From the NCBI GenBank assembly GCA_951406725.2, contig OX597820.1:114080001-114144000 (forward strand): 64,000 nucleotides of DNA. The letters are read 5' to 3'. Within the stretch, counting starts at the first letter, position 1. Each line of letters starts with the position of its first letter. Below the pieces are notes generated by a model that worked only from the letters and a program-made list of their open reading frames with translations, did not search any database and was not told the origin of the DNA. Below, one piece after another: positions 1-13,700 of the stretch. A program made the translations under genes and the position numbers. Source of the DNA: Octopus vulgaris (taxonomy: Eukaryota).

Positions 1-371
1 GTTTTTGTGATCTGGTCATCAAAGATTTGAAACTGACCTGTTTTCCATTACATTTCAGACAGATTCAGTGTTGAGTTATTGAAGCAGAAATATCATTATA
101 GTAAATATTTTGCTCAATACCACAGATTCACTTGTTAGTTACTTGACTGTAACTACTTGAGCATGTCTCTTAGTGGCTGACAATATGTGCATCTCTGATC
201 ATGTGCGGGAGTAGTGACAGGGGTATCATAGCCATATGTTGAGAGGGATTCTTTGGGGTTTGAATAAATGTAACAAAAGCAAAGTTTGAAGGAAATATTA
301 ACCATTTTTCATATTTCCTTGGGATAAGCAAATAGGAAATAACAGTTGCTACCCAAGGACAAAAATCATGG

Positions 372-1251
372 GGATCTTTTCGCTTTGACCAGCAGATTTT
401 AAAAATAATTTCTTTGTAACTAAAAAATATTAAACTCCGTATACTGGTAGAATGTGTTTATAAAACATCTTTTTCTCTTGGCTTTCTTGAGAAAATTCTG
501 TAGTTTGTAAGCTATTTGGTCTTTAATTTCTTGCATTTCGGCAATTTCAACCAATCAATGACGTCTATTGAGGTGAAAACGATTTCTGCCATAATGTATC
601 AACAACAATTATTTCCGGTGTCATATGAAATTGTCCCTGTTATTTATGAGAAAAAAGATACTCTGTGGCCATAAAATGAGGAGTCACTCATAAACAGAGG
701 TGAATAACAAAACCATTCCCTCTTTAGTGTCCACCCATAATTATGACCCTAGTATCAATCTATTACATTTCAATCTGTTTTAGGGTTAGGGTTAAGGGTG
801 GGGGGAAGGGTATCTTTTTTTCTTCAGAAATGTAAATAAACCCAATCTGTTTCTTAAACGAATATATATGTAATGTGTATATCTGTGCAACAGAGAGGAA
901 AATTAAAACTGCATATGTTGTGAACTTAGAATATGTGTTTATTAATAAAAGTTTAATAACGATAATCTTTTATTCATACGAATGTAACTGATATGAAATA
1001 TGTCATAAATAACAGGGACAATTTCATGTTGACACATTACGGCACAGAATGTTTTCACCTCAATAGACGTCATTGATTGGTTCGAAATGCAAGAAATTAA
1101 AGACCAAATATCTTACAAACTATAGAATTTTCTCAAGAAAGCCAAGAGAAAACAATGTTTTATAAACACATTCTACCAGTATACGAAGTTTAACATTTTT
1201 TAGTTACAAAGAAATTATTTTTAAAATCTGCTGGTCAAAGCAAAAAGATCC
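372..1251. mobile_element. Non-autonomous DNA transposon (MITE) with long TIRs, Merlin-like
   Basis: ~230-bp inverted termini GGATCTTTTCGCTTTGACCAGCAG… / …CTGCTGGTCAAAGCAAAAAGATCC; flanking 8-mers aatcatgg / agtcatgg; internal TTAGGG repeats. Superfamily inferred from GG ends plus the 8-bp TSD. Confidence 0.75.
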
Positions 1252-1913
1252 AGTCATGGTATACATTATAAGTATTATTTTTACTTATTACAAGAAAGAG
1301 AGGCAGGTGCTGTGACTTCTGTTCTTCCCAGGTAGTAAGATTGATGTAGTTAATTTTTTGCCTTCATCCTTATATGAAGGTTGATGCCTGTAAAAGAAAA
1401 AGAGGATATTGCATAGAGCTACAATTCTGGTGGAAGTACTTAGTATGCGATCTAAGATCGAGGTACATTAGATTGATGAGAAGAAGTGCATTGGGTGAGC
1501 TTGGACAAAGGCGGTGCAAACAATGTTAATTGAGGAATTGAGGAACACAGAAGTTATAGAAATAGAAGAAAGAGACAGAGGAAAGATATAACATGTATAA
1601 AAATAGGTTTCTGGTTATAATTTCACTGTTAATATTCATGAGAAAGATTTTACTGAATGCCACAACATCCTATTTGATATTTTCTTGTGAATTTGAAGCT
1701 TTGCACCTATGTAAGAAATTAATATTTTATGTCACTAAATCCTTTGAGAAACACTTTGTCATATTCGTATTCAGTATATCCAAATCCTTGTGCCTGCATA
1801 ACAAATGAATTTAATTTTTCTTATTGTTTTTCTATGTTTTGTGAGGGTGAGCAGATCAATTTCCAAGATTCAGTCTACTTCAGGGAATAAATTGTAAGTA
1901 TCTATCGTCTAAG

Positions 1914-1960
<47 letters not shown>

Positions 1961-2291
1961 TACATATGAAAATAGTAATGCAATACGAGAGTATTGCTTT
2001 CCAGTAAAGGATAGCTCGTGAGGGTAAAATTTATTTACTTTTATGTATATACATACGTATATATATATATCTATTTTCCAGTAGATATCGGTGCTTCGTT
2101 GTACCATTTATTTACTTTTATGTATATACATACGTATATATATATATAAGTGGTTGGCGTTAGGAAGGGCATCCAGCTGTAGAAACTCTGCCAGATCAGA
2201 TTGGACTCTGGTGCAGCCATCTGGTTTGCCAGACCTCAGTCAAATTGTCCAACCCATGCTAGCATGGAAAGCGGACATTAAACGATGATGA

Positions 2292-2339
<48 letters not shown>

Positions 2340-2376
2340 TCGTGCGCACACACACACCTTAACATATATGTATATA

Positions 2377-3612
2377 TTGGGTTGGCAAGAAAGTAATTTC
2401 AGTTTTTTAGTGTGAAATAAAAGTCTTTTGTTTGATAACCATTTACTATCTCTCTGGCAACTTCATGATTCCACACTCATAGAACTTCTGGTCCTTATCA
2501 ACCAAAAGCTGAAGCAAGTGTGATTTCAGGTCATCATCATTATTGAAAGTTTTACCACTCAAAGAATTTTGCAAACTTCGAAATAAATGGTAATCTGATG
2601 GTGCAAGGTCAGGGCTATTTGGTGGATGTGACATCACTTCCCAACTAAGCTCCAATACTTTTTCATGAGTTAGCAAAGACATGTATGGTCTAGTGTTATC
2701 ATGGTGGAACACGATTCCTTCATGATTTGCCAATTATGGCCATTTTTCTTTGATTGCTTCCTCCAGTTTCATTAGTTGTTGACAGTAAACACCTGAATTG
2801 ATTGTTTGGTTCCTTGGAAGCAGCTCAAAATACAAAATACCATTGTAATCCCACCAAATTGACAGCATGACCTTTTTTTCGGGCAGTTCAGCATTCGATG
2901 TGGTTTGTGCTGGTTCATTACGCTTGGACCATGATCGTTTTTGATTGAGGTTATTGTAGACAATCCATTTTTCATCACCAGTGATGATTCGTTTCAAAAA
3001 AAGGGTCAGTTTCATTGCCTTTGGGATGCAAATCTCAAATATTGATTCGTTGTGTTAAGTGAATCCTTTTCAATTTATGTAGAACCCAAATAACGGAGCT
3101 TCTTAACGAGTCCAAGACATTTTAAGTGATTCTCAATTGTTGTGTGTGATACATTTAACCTCTCTGCAATCTCTCGCACAGTTATACGACAATCATTCAA
3201 TAACGGCTTTGATTTGGTCATCATCAACTTCAATAGGTTGACCAGAACGTTGGTCATCTTTGAGGGAAAAATCTCCAGAATGGAATTTTTAAAGCCATTT
3301 CTGACAGGTGCATTCTGTCAAGCAACCAACACCATAAACTTCACATATCTCTTTGTGAGCTGTGGCAGCTTTCTTGCTTTTACAGAAATAAAAAAGTAAA
3401 ATATGGCCAAAATGTTTGTTTTTGCACTCCATGTTAAAATTGACACTGAACTGACAGCTGTAAACAAAATTACAGGTAATTTGCTTCTAAAGTAAGCTAA
3501 AAGTAACGGCTATCAAATGTCAAAAGGAAAAAATCATAACATTGACACAAGTCATTAAAAAAAAATGTAACTGTATTTGCGTAAAATGAAATAACTTTCT
3601 TGCCAATCCAGA
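2377..3612 (-). mobile_element. Degenerate mariner (DD34D) transposon
   Basis: TIRs ttgggttggcaagaaagtaatttc / gaaataactttcttgccaatcca; broken transposase with ITGDEKWI, HHDNTRP and SPDLAPSDYHLF motifs. Confidence 0.93.
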
Positions 3613-3632
3613 ATATATACATTGTGTGTGTG

Positions 3633-4220
3633 TTATCCCATAAATAATGTGTTTTTTTATACTTCTTTTATTCTTCAAAATTGAGATAAACAAAGTTCTT
3701 TTTTAATCTAAAATATACTCTCCTTCATTTTCTTCCATCTATCTGGTAGACTTGCAAAGCCTCTCTTCCAAAATTCACTTGTCTGTGACGAAAAATACTC
3801 TTCCACTACCGTTCTGATCTCGTCTACAGAATTCGTATTTTTTCTGCCCAAATGATTTTGATAATTAGATGGGGTGAATTTGGTGGGTGGGGCATCGTTT
3901 CCCATTCAAACTGCTCCAGCATTTGGAATATCATCCTCACTGTATGTGGCCAAGCGATGGAAGAACACCTTTTGTCTTGAAACCAAAGATGGTTGTTTTT
4001 CTTCTAACACTGACTTGAATGACTGGTTGAATGACCAAATCCAAGCTTCTCTGCTAGTTCTTCAACAGTTACAATGGGATTTTGTTCCACTAGGGTTTGC
4101 AGGAAGTCCTTGTCAAGCTCTACAGATCTTCCAGGATGAGGCTCATCTTCTGAGCTGTAGTCTCTGGCTTAGAATTTCTGGAACCACAGTTGAGACTGGC
4201 TTAGGCTTATTATCCAATCC
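3633..4220 (-). mobile_element. Second mariner fragment, internally deleted
   Basis: Transposase C-terminus VEEYFSSQTSEFWKRGFASLPDRW; ttatcccataaataatg TIR-like end. Confidence 0.65.
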
Positions 4221-4233
4221 CCATATATTGCAT

Positions 4234-4448
4234 TTAACCATTTAGCATTTAGATTAATCTGTCAAAGCCTGTAAAGCCTGTTTAATTACATTGTTTTAAA
4301 TTAATTGTACAGCATCTTGTAACTCTGAGAGTTTATTTTTAGAATGACTTTGTAGGGTAGGTGTGAGAGGTCAGAGCTGGCTGGTTTGAGCATAAAACAG
4401 GAAGACAATTTTGGCCTGATATGGCCGGTTTAAACACTAAAGAGTTAA
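4234..4448. mobile_element. piggyBac-like MITE (TTAA-flanked); related pieces near 22050-22230, 28140-28240 and 36890-36980
   Basis: ttaa-ccatttagcattt…aaacactaaaagag-ttaa; the copy at 22230 ends aaatgctaaagggttaa. Confidence 0.6.
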
Positions 4449-5714
4449 TATTCCTCACACTTTCCATTGAATTGTTGCCTTTGTTGATCTCATAAAGCAC
4501 TTTCTTTTTCTATTATAGAAGATCCCAGAGATTGAGCCAACAGACATCTTCACCTCCAAGATCTTCAAGACAACCAATGTAATTGAGATTTCTGTCACAT
4601 TCTTTTTGAAGTCATGGTGGTGGTGGTGTACATGGCATTTCTTGCAATGATTGTATTGAGGAAAATTGGTGTATCTGGCAGTACTAGTATTGATGGTAGA
4701 GGGAGATGATTGTGATGATACGAAGTGCATTACAGAAGTTTTAAGACTTTTTGAGGAGAGGCAGTTGTAACTGTCCTAGATTATTGTAATTTAAGTATCA
4801 TTATCCGAGCGTGATCGTTGCCAGAGCGGCTGTCTGGCCTCCGTTCCGGTGGCACGTAAAAGACACCATCACTCCAGTGCAAAATACAACAAATGAAAAA
4901 TTACTAGTGGTCAGGTGTTTCTGAGAAAATTCAGTAAAGACTCATAACCAATATATCACTTAACCAAACAACTCTTTAGTCCTCAATCTTTATCTATAGA
5001 ACTTCTTGCATCTAAGGACGATTCCTTTGTCTTAATGGATCGTGAGGATATCGTGAAACACTGTAATGAGCGCTTAACTGTTCATTCTGCCCCAAATGGA
5101 CCATTTCCCTACCAATAAAAAAAAAAAATGTTTTATATATATATAAGCACAAGCATGGCTGTGTGGTAAGAAATTTGCTTCTCAACCACATGGTTCAGGG
5201 TTCTCTCCTGCTGCAGAGTACCTTTGGAGAGTGTTTTCTGCTATACCATCAGGCCTTGTGAGTGGATTTGGTAGAGGGAAAATGAAAGAAGCCTGTCGTA
5301 TGTGTTTATTTTTGTTCCCCTCTGCTTGAAAAACATTTAAGTCCCCATAATTTAGCAGTTTGGCAAAAGAGACCAATAGAATAAATACCAGGCTTGAAAA
5401 GACAATAAGTACTGGAACTGACTAGTTTGACTAAAATTTCTCAAGGTAGTGCCCCAGCATGGCCACAGTCTAATGACTGAAACAAAATAAAAGATAAAAG
5501 ATATCACATGTGCATGTGTATGCATGGAAAGATGGGTGATAACACTATGATGGTCATGATATTGATAATTTTATTGTGCAATTAATAACCTCATCAACCA
5601 GCCAGTGATAGAGACAGGGTTAAACCCCTGTTGATCATTTCTGTCTTAGATATGTTTAACATTATTTTATTACAACTTTTGTACATAATTCATGATTGTT
5701 ATTGTTATTTTCAG

Positions 5715-5774
5715 AAATAGCGAAGTAACTCGTACTCCAAAAATGGACCCATCTCCAAGTCTACCAACCATGAT
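5715..5774 (+). CDS. Gene A exon 1 (NSEVTRTPKMDPSPSLPTM)
   Basis: ttattttcag|A...AT|gtaagt; 60 nt, phase 2-2. Confidence 0.65.
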
Positions 5775-7136
5775 GTAAGTTGAGGATTCTATTCTTGAGT
5801 GTGTGTGAGTGTATGTGGATACCATCACCATCATTTACCATCCATCTTCCATGCTGGTATGGGTTAGACGGTTTGACAGGGTCCAATGGGTAGAGAAACT
5901 GCATTGAGCTCTAATGTTCTCTTTGGCATGCTTTCAAAGGCTGGATGTCCTTCCTAATGTCAACCACCTATTGTACTAAATACTATTTTTGTTGGCACCA
6001 ACACTAGTGTAGTTGACATGTGACTTGCAAGATTAAAAAAACCCTTCAACTTTCTGGGAGTAAAGGAGATGGGAGGCAGTGTTTCATCATAGAGAAAAAA
6101 GAACAGATTTCTTGCTATAGAGGAGATACATGGCAACAATGAATTATATTTGGGTTATATAAAGGTGGGAGTGAGATTTTGTGGTGGAACTGAAAACTCT
6201 GTATGTATATGTATATATATATATATGTGTGTGTGTATGTATTTATAAATGGATATATATATATATATACAGGGTGCGATGGGTAAATTGTTGCCATCTT
6301 ATATTTTTTATTTTGTGCATGCACATTGCTTGTTTTTGATTTTGTCAACTGCACAGTAAAGTAAGGTCAGTTGGGTACTGTCAGTGAGAAAAACAGCACC
6401 ATTACACAATTCACTCTGCCAGTAATTTGGAAACGACATGTGGTACTGCTTGGCATTTGAGCCAGAAGCTCCAATACAAACATTTCAGAGTGTTTGGGTG
6501 TCAATCTGAGGACATACACCAAGAGTGATAAAAATCAAACATCCCGTCAACGTCATGATGTTTGGAATGATCACTAGTGATGGCGACATTATGCCTCTAT
6601 TAATCTTCCCACACGGCCTCAGACTCAACATGGAGGCCTACATCCAGTGCCTGGAGGAGGTAGTGCTGCCCTGAGTCACGAGGGTGGCTGCTGGAAGACC
6701 CTATGTTTGGAAACAGGACTCTGCACCATGCCACACAAGCAGGAGAACCCAGTCATGGCCGTCAGACAATTTCTGCAACCGCATCACCCCTAACATCTGG
6801 CCACCTAACTCTCCAGACTGCAACCCCCTTGATTATTATGCGTGTGGTGCAGTTGAACAAGAGACCAACAAAACTCCTTGTAACACCAAAGATTAACTGA
6901 AGGCAAGGATTATGGCAGTATTCACCAACTTAAACAAGGAGACCATCCAGGAGAGTTGTAGGAGGTTCTGAAGTCGTCTGGAGGCCGTGGTTGAAGCCAA
7001 TGGTGATTTTATTGAATAAATTTACTCTTTAGTATTTCAAGATATTTTTATATAATTTTGGTAAATATATCTGTTAAAATGAGATGTCAATGTTATTTTC
7101 ATTTTTATGTAATTTGGGCAGCAGTTTATTCACTGC

Positions 7137-7181
<45 letters not shown>

Positions 7182-7913
7182 AATGAAAGACGGAAGATGG
7201 AATATACGAGAATTTATTATTAATCTTGACAATTGCTTTGATGTATTTAGCATCGATTCCTCTTGGGTGGGACACCCAACAAGTGGTTCAGGAGCATCCG
7301 GTGGTGCAGATGTATCTCGTTGGGTGATAAATAAATATAACTCATTAAAATAACTGTTCTGCAATGTAACTTCTCCTTTTGTAGAAAGAAAAGCAGTCAG
7401 ACGGAGGAAATATCTTCATTTATATAGAAGATCGAAAATAAAATCACAGATGGCAAAAAGAGAAATGAACATACAATCTAGCAAGAAAAGTATCAAAAGT
7501 GACCCTTAACAAATATGGATGTATAAATGCCCTTGGGCAAGCTGTGTGGCGTGAGTACACTCACTCATACAAGCATTTGCAAAAATGTGAACATACACAC
7601 ACACGTGAGGTTTGGTACACTCATGATCAGAAAGCGAGTTAGCTGTCTACTTGGTGTTTGTAAGAATGGGGAGGTTAAAAGTAAACTTAAGTCATTCATA
7701 CCTTAAAGTAAATCAAATTATGTTAACGGTTACTCAAAATTCATTCCCACTGTATTGTGCAAAAGTACATTTATATGCATGTAGGCATCTCGAGAGTCGT
7801 TCAGAAATTCTGTTAATGATCTTCTCGTTAGTCCATACAAAATCTGCCAAAGATGTTGAATGTCTCTTATTGATTGTATTAAAGCTGGCAACATGATTAT
7901 GATAACAATTCTT

Positions 7914-7948
<35 letters not shown>

Positions 7949-8081
7949 TGTCACTATTGTATGGTTTTGCATACCTTACTATGGATCATTTAATGCTGTA
8001 CTTCATCTTATCCTCCTTCAGTCGCCATACAAAATCTGCCAAAGATGTTGAATGTCTCTTATTGATTGTATTAAAGCTGGC

Positions 8082-8127
<46 letters not shown>

Positions 8128-10676
8128 CAATTTCAGGTTATGTTTGCCTCATGAAGGGATGGTGTCATTCAAGGAAATACTGGTTCAATACCTAATATTT
8201 TTAGGAGAATTGATTTCCTTAAAATAGTAGTTATGTATATAGAAACCTGTAGTTTATCTCTATATATATAAACGGCAAAATGTCTGTGTGTGTGTCCTTT
8301 ATACAAATCCACAATTTTTCAGTTGGAGGGCTTGCACTTTCTATGGTCATTGAAAACTGTCCAAGGGTGGTTGTGCACATCTTTACATTTCCCCAATCAC
8401 TCCGCAAAGCCATTAAAAAATCAATAGAAGTTACTTTTTTGTGAATTTTCTATCCCAAACCCAATCAAAATGCCCGAAACTTAATACACCAATTGAATGC
8501 CAGTTAGCTGTATGTGATTGGTCGGAGATTTGGACAGTACTCGCGTGTATGTGCGCATGCACGCAGCTGTGCTAGTATTCATATAAAGGAAGAGGAAGAA
8601 AATGGAGATTGTGAAGTTAATAAGAGTTTATTATTAACAACAAATCAAACATCATCCCTTACACCTGTTTCAATTATACACAGTCAATTAATTAAATATT
8701 AAGTTCATATTTCTGAACATAATATCTTCAGAAAGAACAAAAATATACCAAAATGTGTATGTATATGGATACATGGATGTATATGTCAGTGTGCATATGT
8801 ATTAATGTATTCATGCATATACATATATGTACATAAGTGTATATATATATGTATGTGCGTGTGGATGTATATATGTGTGTAAATATATGCGAACGTCTGT
8901 GTCTGTACGTATATATATATAGCACGGATGAATGTATGTATCCATGTATATACGTACATGTGCCTTATATATATAATGGTAAAGTATTGCTAAGGGTGCA
9001 TGAGTAGGGAGTTCACATGAATGTGAAGAAGGGAGAGAGTGCAGTGGCTGGTGAAACCTAGGTAAATAGAGTGAGGGACAACAGGATAATATTGATACTG
9101 TGGGCAGGGCAGTGAGGACAGGCTTGGGCTGCAAAAGTGGAGAGAAAGAGAGATAAGTATAGCGCATGAAAAAAAAATAAATGTGGGTAAGAGGTGAAGG
9201 GGAGATGTAGTTTGGTTTAGTTGAGTAGGGTGTGTGAAAAATTTTACGCATCACTTCCAGAACTCAATTTTGCTGAAGTGGGCAGGTCTTCTCAAGAAGC
9301 TCATAATGCCAGACACCTTGGTCCATTGTCATCTCCTCCATCATCATTTTTTTGTTTCAATGTCTATTTTTCCATTCTTGCATGTGTTAAACAGCTTATT
9401 GAGGCAGATTTTCCATGACTGGATACCTTTCCTTTTGCCTACCCTCATCTGTTTCCAAGCAAGTTAATGGTTCCACACAACCAGCCATGTTTCCGCAGAA
9501 TATTGGAAAGGAATAGCACTGCTTGTATGACAGCTAACACTCGTTTACAGCTACCAAAATCAAGAGAGACAAATGCAACTAGCGCTCCTTTGGTTGCTAC
9601 GATGACAAGTATTCCACTTGTTCCGATGAATGAAACAGCCTGCTCTGGAAATTAATGCTCAAGTGTCTGAGCATACCCTTAACATAGCTCTCAGGGAAAT
9701 TCAGTGTGGTACAGAATGTGACAAGGCTAGCCCTTTGAATCTCAAGTACAACTCGTTTTTGCCAGCTGAGTGGACTGGAGCTAAGGAGCAACATGAAGTA
9801 AAGTGTCTTGTTCAAGGAAGCAACATGCCACCAGGAATCAAACTCACAACTTTATGATCATGACCTGAATACCCTAATCACCAAGCCATGTGCCTTCACA
9901 GAGCCAAAAAACACTTCCCCCTACACACAAATAATAATAATTATTTTTATTTTTTTCTTCTTCACATTTTGGCACAAGGCCAACATTTTTGGGGGAGAGG
10001 GTCTTTTGAACCCAAAGATATGAAAGGCAAGGTGAACCTTGGCAGAATTTGGGCTATAGTAGGAGACACTTTCCCAAGGTATCACATAGTTGGACTAAAA
10101 AACCCAAATCCATATAGTTGTGAAGCAAACTTCTTAACCACATAACCATGCCTACACACACACACACACACATATATGGGTAGTATTTAATGTGCAAATT
10201 AACATCAAATTTTAACGGAAGTTTTAATTTAAATCACTTTAACCCTTTTGTTATCATATTTCTTAAAAAAAAATACCTTTGTCTCTATTAATTGTGGGAA
10301 TGATGAAAAATTTAGTAGAATACCTTTGTCTTAATTAGTTGGTATTTAGAATGTAAGCTGACATGAAAATTTTAATGGAAAGTTTGATTTAGATTACTTT
10401 AAAACAGGACATTTGTATTATGGAACCAGAGATTTTTATCAGACAAGCTGGCATCAAAAGGGTTAAGTAAAGGATTTTAAAAATCCCAGATGTCTTTGAA
10501 AGCACAGAATAATCAGTTATAATGTTAACAAGGAATATGAATATCTTCACATCATCACCATTTCACTCAAGCAGTGACATGTATGAAATAATAACTTTCA
10601 TACACATCTGTGTGCACATGCACACACACACACTTGATGGGTTTCCTGCAGTTTCCATCTACCACTTTAACTCATA

Positions 10677-10723
<47 letters not shown>

Positions 10724-13700
10724 TTAGTGATGCAAACTGGAAAAATAGAACTCAAAACATGAGTATGTACTCTCTTTTACTTGTTTCAGTCATTTGACTG
10801 CGGCCATGCTGGAGCACTGCCTTTAGTCGAGCAAATCGACCCCGGGACTTATTCTTTGTAAGCCCAGTACTTATTCTATTGGTCTCTTTTGCCGAACCAC
10901 TAAGTGACGGGGACGTAAACACACCAGCATCGGTTGTCAAGCAATGCTAGGGGGACAAACACAGACACACAAACACACACACACATACATATATATATAC
11001 ATATATACGACAGGCTTCTTTCAGTTTCCGTCTACCAAATCCACTCACAAGGCATTGGTCGGCCCGGGGCTATAGCAGAAGACACTTGCCCAAGATGCCA
11101 CGCAGTGGGACTGAACCCGGAACCCTGTGGTTGGTTAGCAAGCTACTTACCATGCAGCCACTCCTGCGCCTATATGTATATTTTTTATTAATATTTAGTA
11201 AAAGCAACAGAGTGACTCACCCCTTGGTTTCAAATTTTGGTATGGGGCCAACAGTTTTGGGAGAGGGCTTAGTCAATTACATCAACCCCTGTGCTGTCAA
11301 CCTCAAAAGGATGAAAGGCAAAATCAACTTCAGTGGAATCGAAACGCAGAATGTGCAGATGGATGAAATGCCATTACGCATTTTGCCTGGTCTGCTAATG
11401 ATTCTGCAACCCCGCCAACTTAAATCTGTAATGATGGTTTCAAATTTTAGCACAAGGCCAGCAATTTTGAGGGAGGAGTAAGTCAATTACATTAATCCCA
11501 GTGTTCAGTGGGTAACTTATCTTCATCATGTAAGGGTGCTTCTCTGCATATGTTCATTCTACTAGAAATAGCAGTTGAATCTCTCTCAAATCACATCCTA
11601 CCATCTTAAAAGGACACATCAGATAATGTGGTCCTGAATGTACTATGTCTGAATAAAAGATGAGGTGGTCAGCACTGATTTGAGACTAAACCACATCAAT
11701 AACCGTTTCCCTTCAGCCACTAGCTGTCTAAAGTTCCATCACAACTGTTGAAGTACATAAGCAGGTCCCTCCATATTTCCAGACCAGACTTCACTCATGG
11801 CATCACCACTATTGAAACTGTTTAGAAGCAGTGTATTAATGTTGTGGTATATTTTCTCTCTAGGAATGAACCCTTGACCCCTGCTGAAACACCACCCATT
11901 CATACAGCAGATGCAGACCTGCCATCGTTCCTGTAAGTAGAGCTGAATGAACTATGTTTTATTAACCAGCTAGGGTATTATTACAGTATACACGGTCAAG
12001 GCTGTATGTAGACATGATTGTCAAAGGTGTGTGCTTGCTTAAATACTTTTACAATAACAAATAATACTACTGTTTAACACATTTTTTGTCCTTGGGTAGC
12101 AGCTGTTATTTCCTATTTGCTTACCCTTAAAAATTATGAAAAATGGCTATTTTGATCAACTTTTGCATTTGTTATATTTATTCAGACCCCAAAGAATCCC
12201 TCAACGTATGGCTATGATGTTCCCTCATTACTCTTGCTTGTGATGCGCATATTATCAACCACTAAGGGACATGCTCAAGTGGTTAAGATCAAGCAAATCT
12301 GTTGTCCTAAGCAGAATATTTGCTTTAACAATGTTTCTACTTCAACAACTCAGCAGTGAATTTGTGTGAAATGTAATGGAAAACCCTTCAGTTTCAAAAC
12401 AAATGCAAAATTTGAAGGGAATAGTAGTTGTTTCTTTATATTTGTAGATAGAAACAAATAGGAAATAACACTTACTGACCAAAGATATAAAAAAAATTAA
12501 AATAAAAGATAAAACTTTGTTACACAGTGTAATCATTTGTGATCTGTTTGCAGAAAGAGATAGACGGAAGAAGTCGAAAAATTGCGTGCTTACTTCTCAG
12601 AGCTGTATGTAGATAGGGTGGCATAAAAGGCATATGCTGATGGTGGAAGATATTTGTGACATAGGAAGAGGGCACATAAAAAGCACCATCTGAACGTGGC
12701 CGTTGCCAGTGCCGCCCCGACTGGCTTCTGAGCCGGTGGCACATAAAAAGCACCATCCGAACGTGGCACATAAAAAGGTCCAACCGATCATGGCCGATGC
12801 TGGAGCCCCCTAGCACCTGTGCAGGTGGCACATAAAAAGCACCCACTACACTCGCGGAGTGGTTGGCATTAGGAAGGGCATCCAGCTGTAGAAACACTGC
12901 CAGATCAGACTGGAGCCTGGTGCAGCCCCTGGCTTCCCAGACCCTGGCTTCCCAGACCCTGGTCGAACCATCCAACCCGTGCTAGCGCGGAAAACGGACG
13001 TTAAACGATGATGATGATGATGAGGGAGAAATAATAAGGTTTTTTTCTCAGAATGTTGGATTTCACTGATGAGGTGATGGTACTAGACTTGGATGAGTGC
13101 TTATGTGACATATTTTAACATTTTCTTCTCATACTGTTTAACTCATAACAGTATAGAAGATGGATGTGGTAGCAAGAGGAGTGGTGATGGTAATGCCATT
13201 GCTGTTGACTTTCATGAATATTATTATTGTTTTTAGAGGTATTTGGTGTGATTGGGGTGGGGCAGGGTAGAGATGAAAATAACAGTGATGAGACAGCTGT
13301 AATGATATGCATAAGATCTGGTCATCAAATCTAAGTAGAGATTTCAAACATAAAATCTTCAAAGCCACAGTCAAACCAATTCTACTATATGGCTCAGAAA
13401 CCTGGACGTTACCAAAGAAGCCTGAGAGGCGGTTGGATGGAACTTACATTCGTCTCCTTATGAGAGCTCAAAATCTCTCGTGGAAGCGTCATCCAACCAA
13501 AGTACAAATATATGGGAAACTACCACCTGTATCATCTCTTGTGAAAGGTAGAAGAGTCCAGTTTGCTGGACATTGTTGTAGAGCTGAAAATGAGGTAATT
13601 TCTACTCTTCTCCTCTGGAAGCCATCTGCTCGCGATACCAGAGAGCGCACACTCTCCTACCCTGATGTAATCTCCAGGGATACAGGCATCCAGCAACAGG

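Noticed and set aside
59-101. Possible upstream exon of gene A (catttcag|acagattc…tata|gtaaat)
   Set aside because: The only open frame ends in phase 1, incompatible with the phase-2 start of exon 5715, and it runs into repeat sequence.
780-805. TTAGGG repeats as a telomere or fusion site
   Set aside because: Only 2-3 units, inside a TIR-bounded MITE.
2446-3400. Mariner transposase ORFs as a domesticated SETMAR-like gene
   Set aside because: Several frameshifts and stops, with TIRs intact: a dead transposon.
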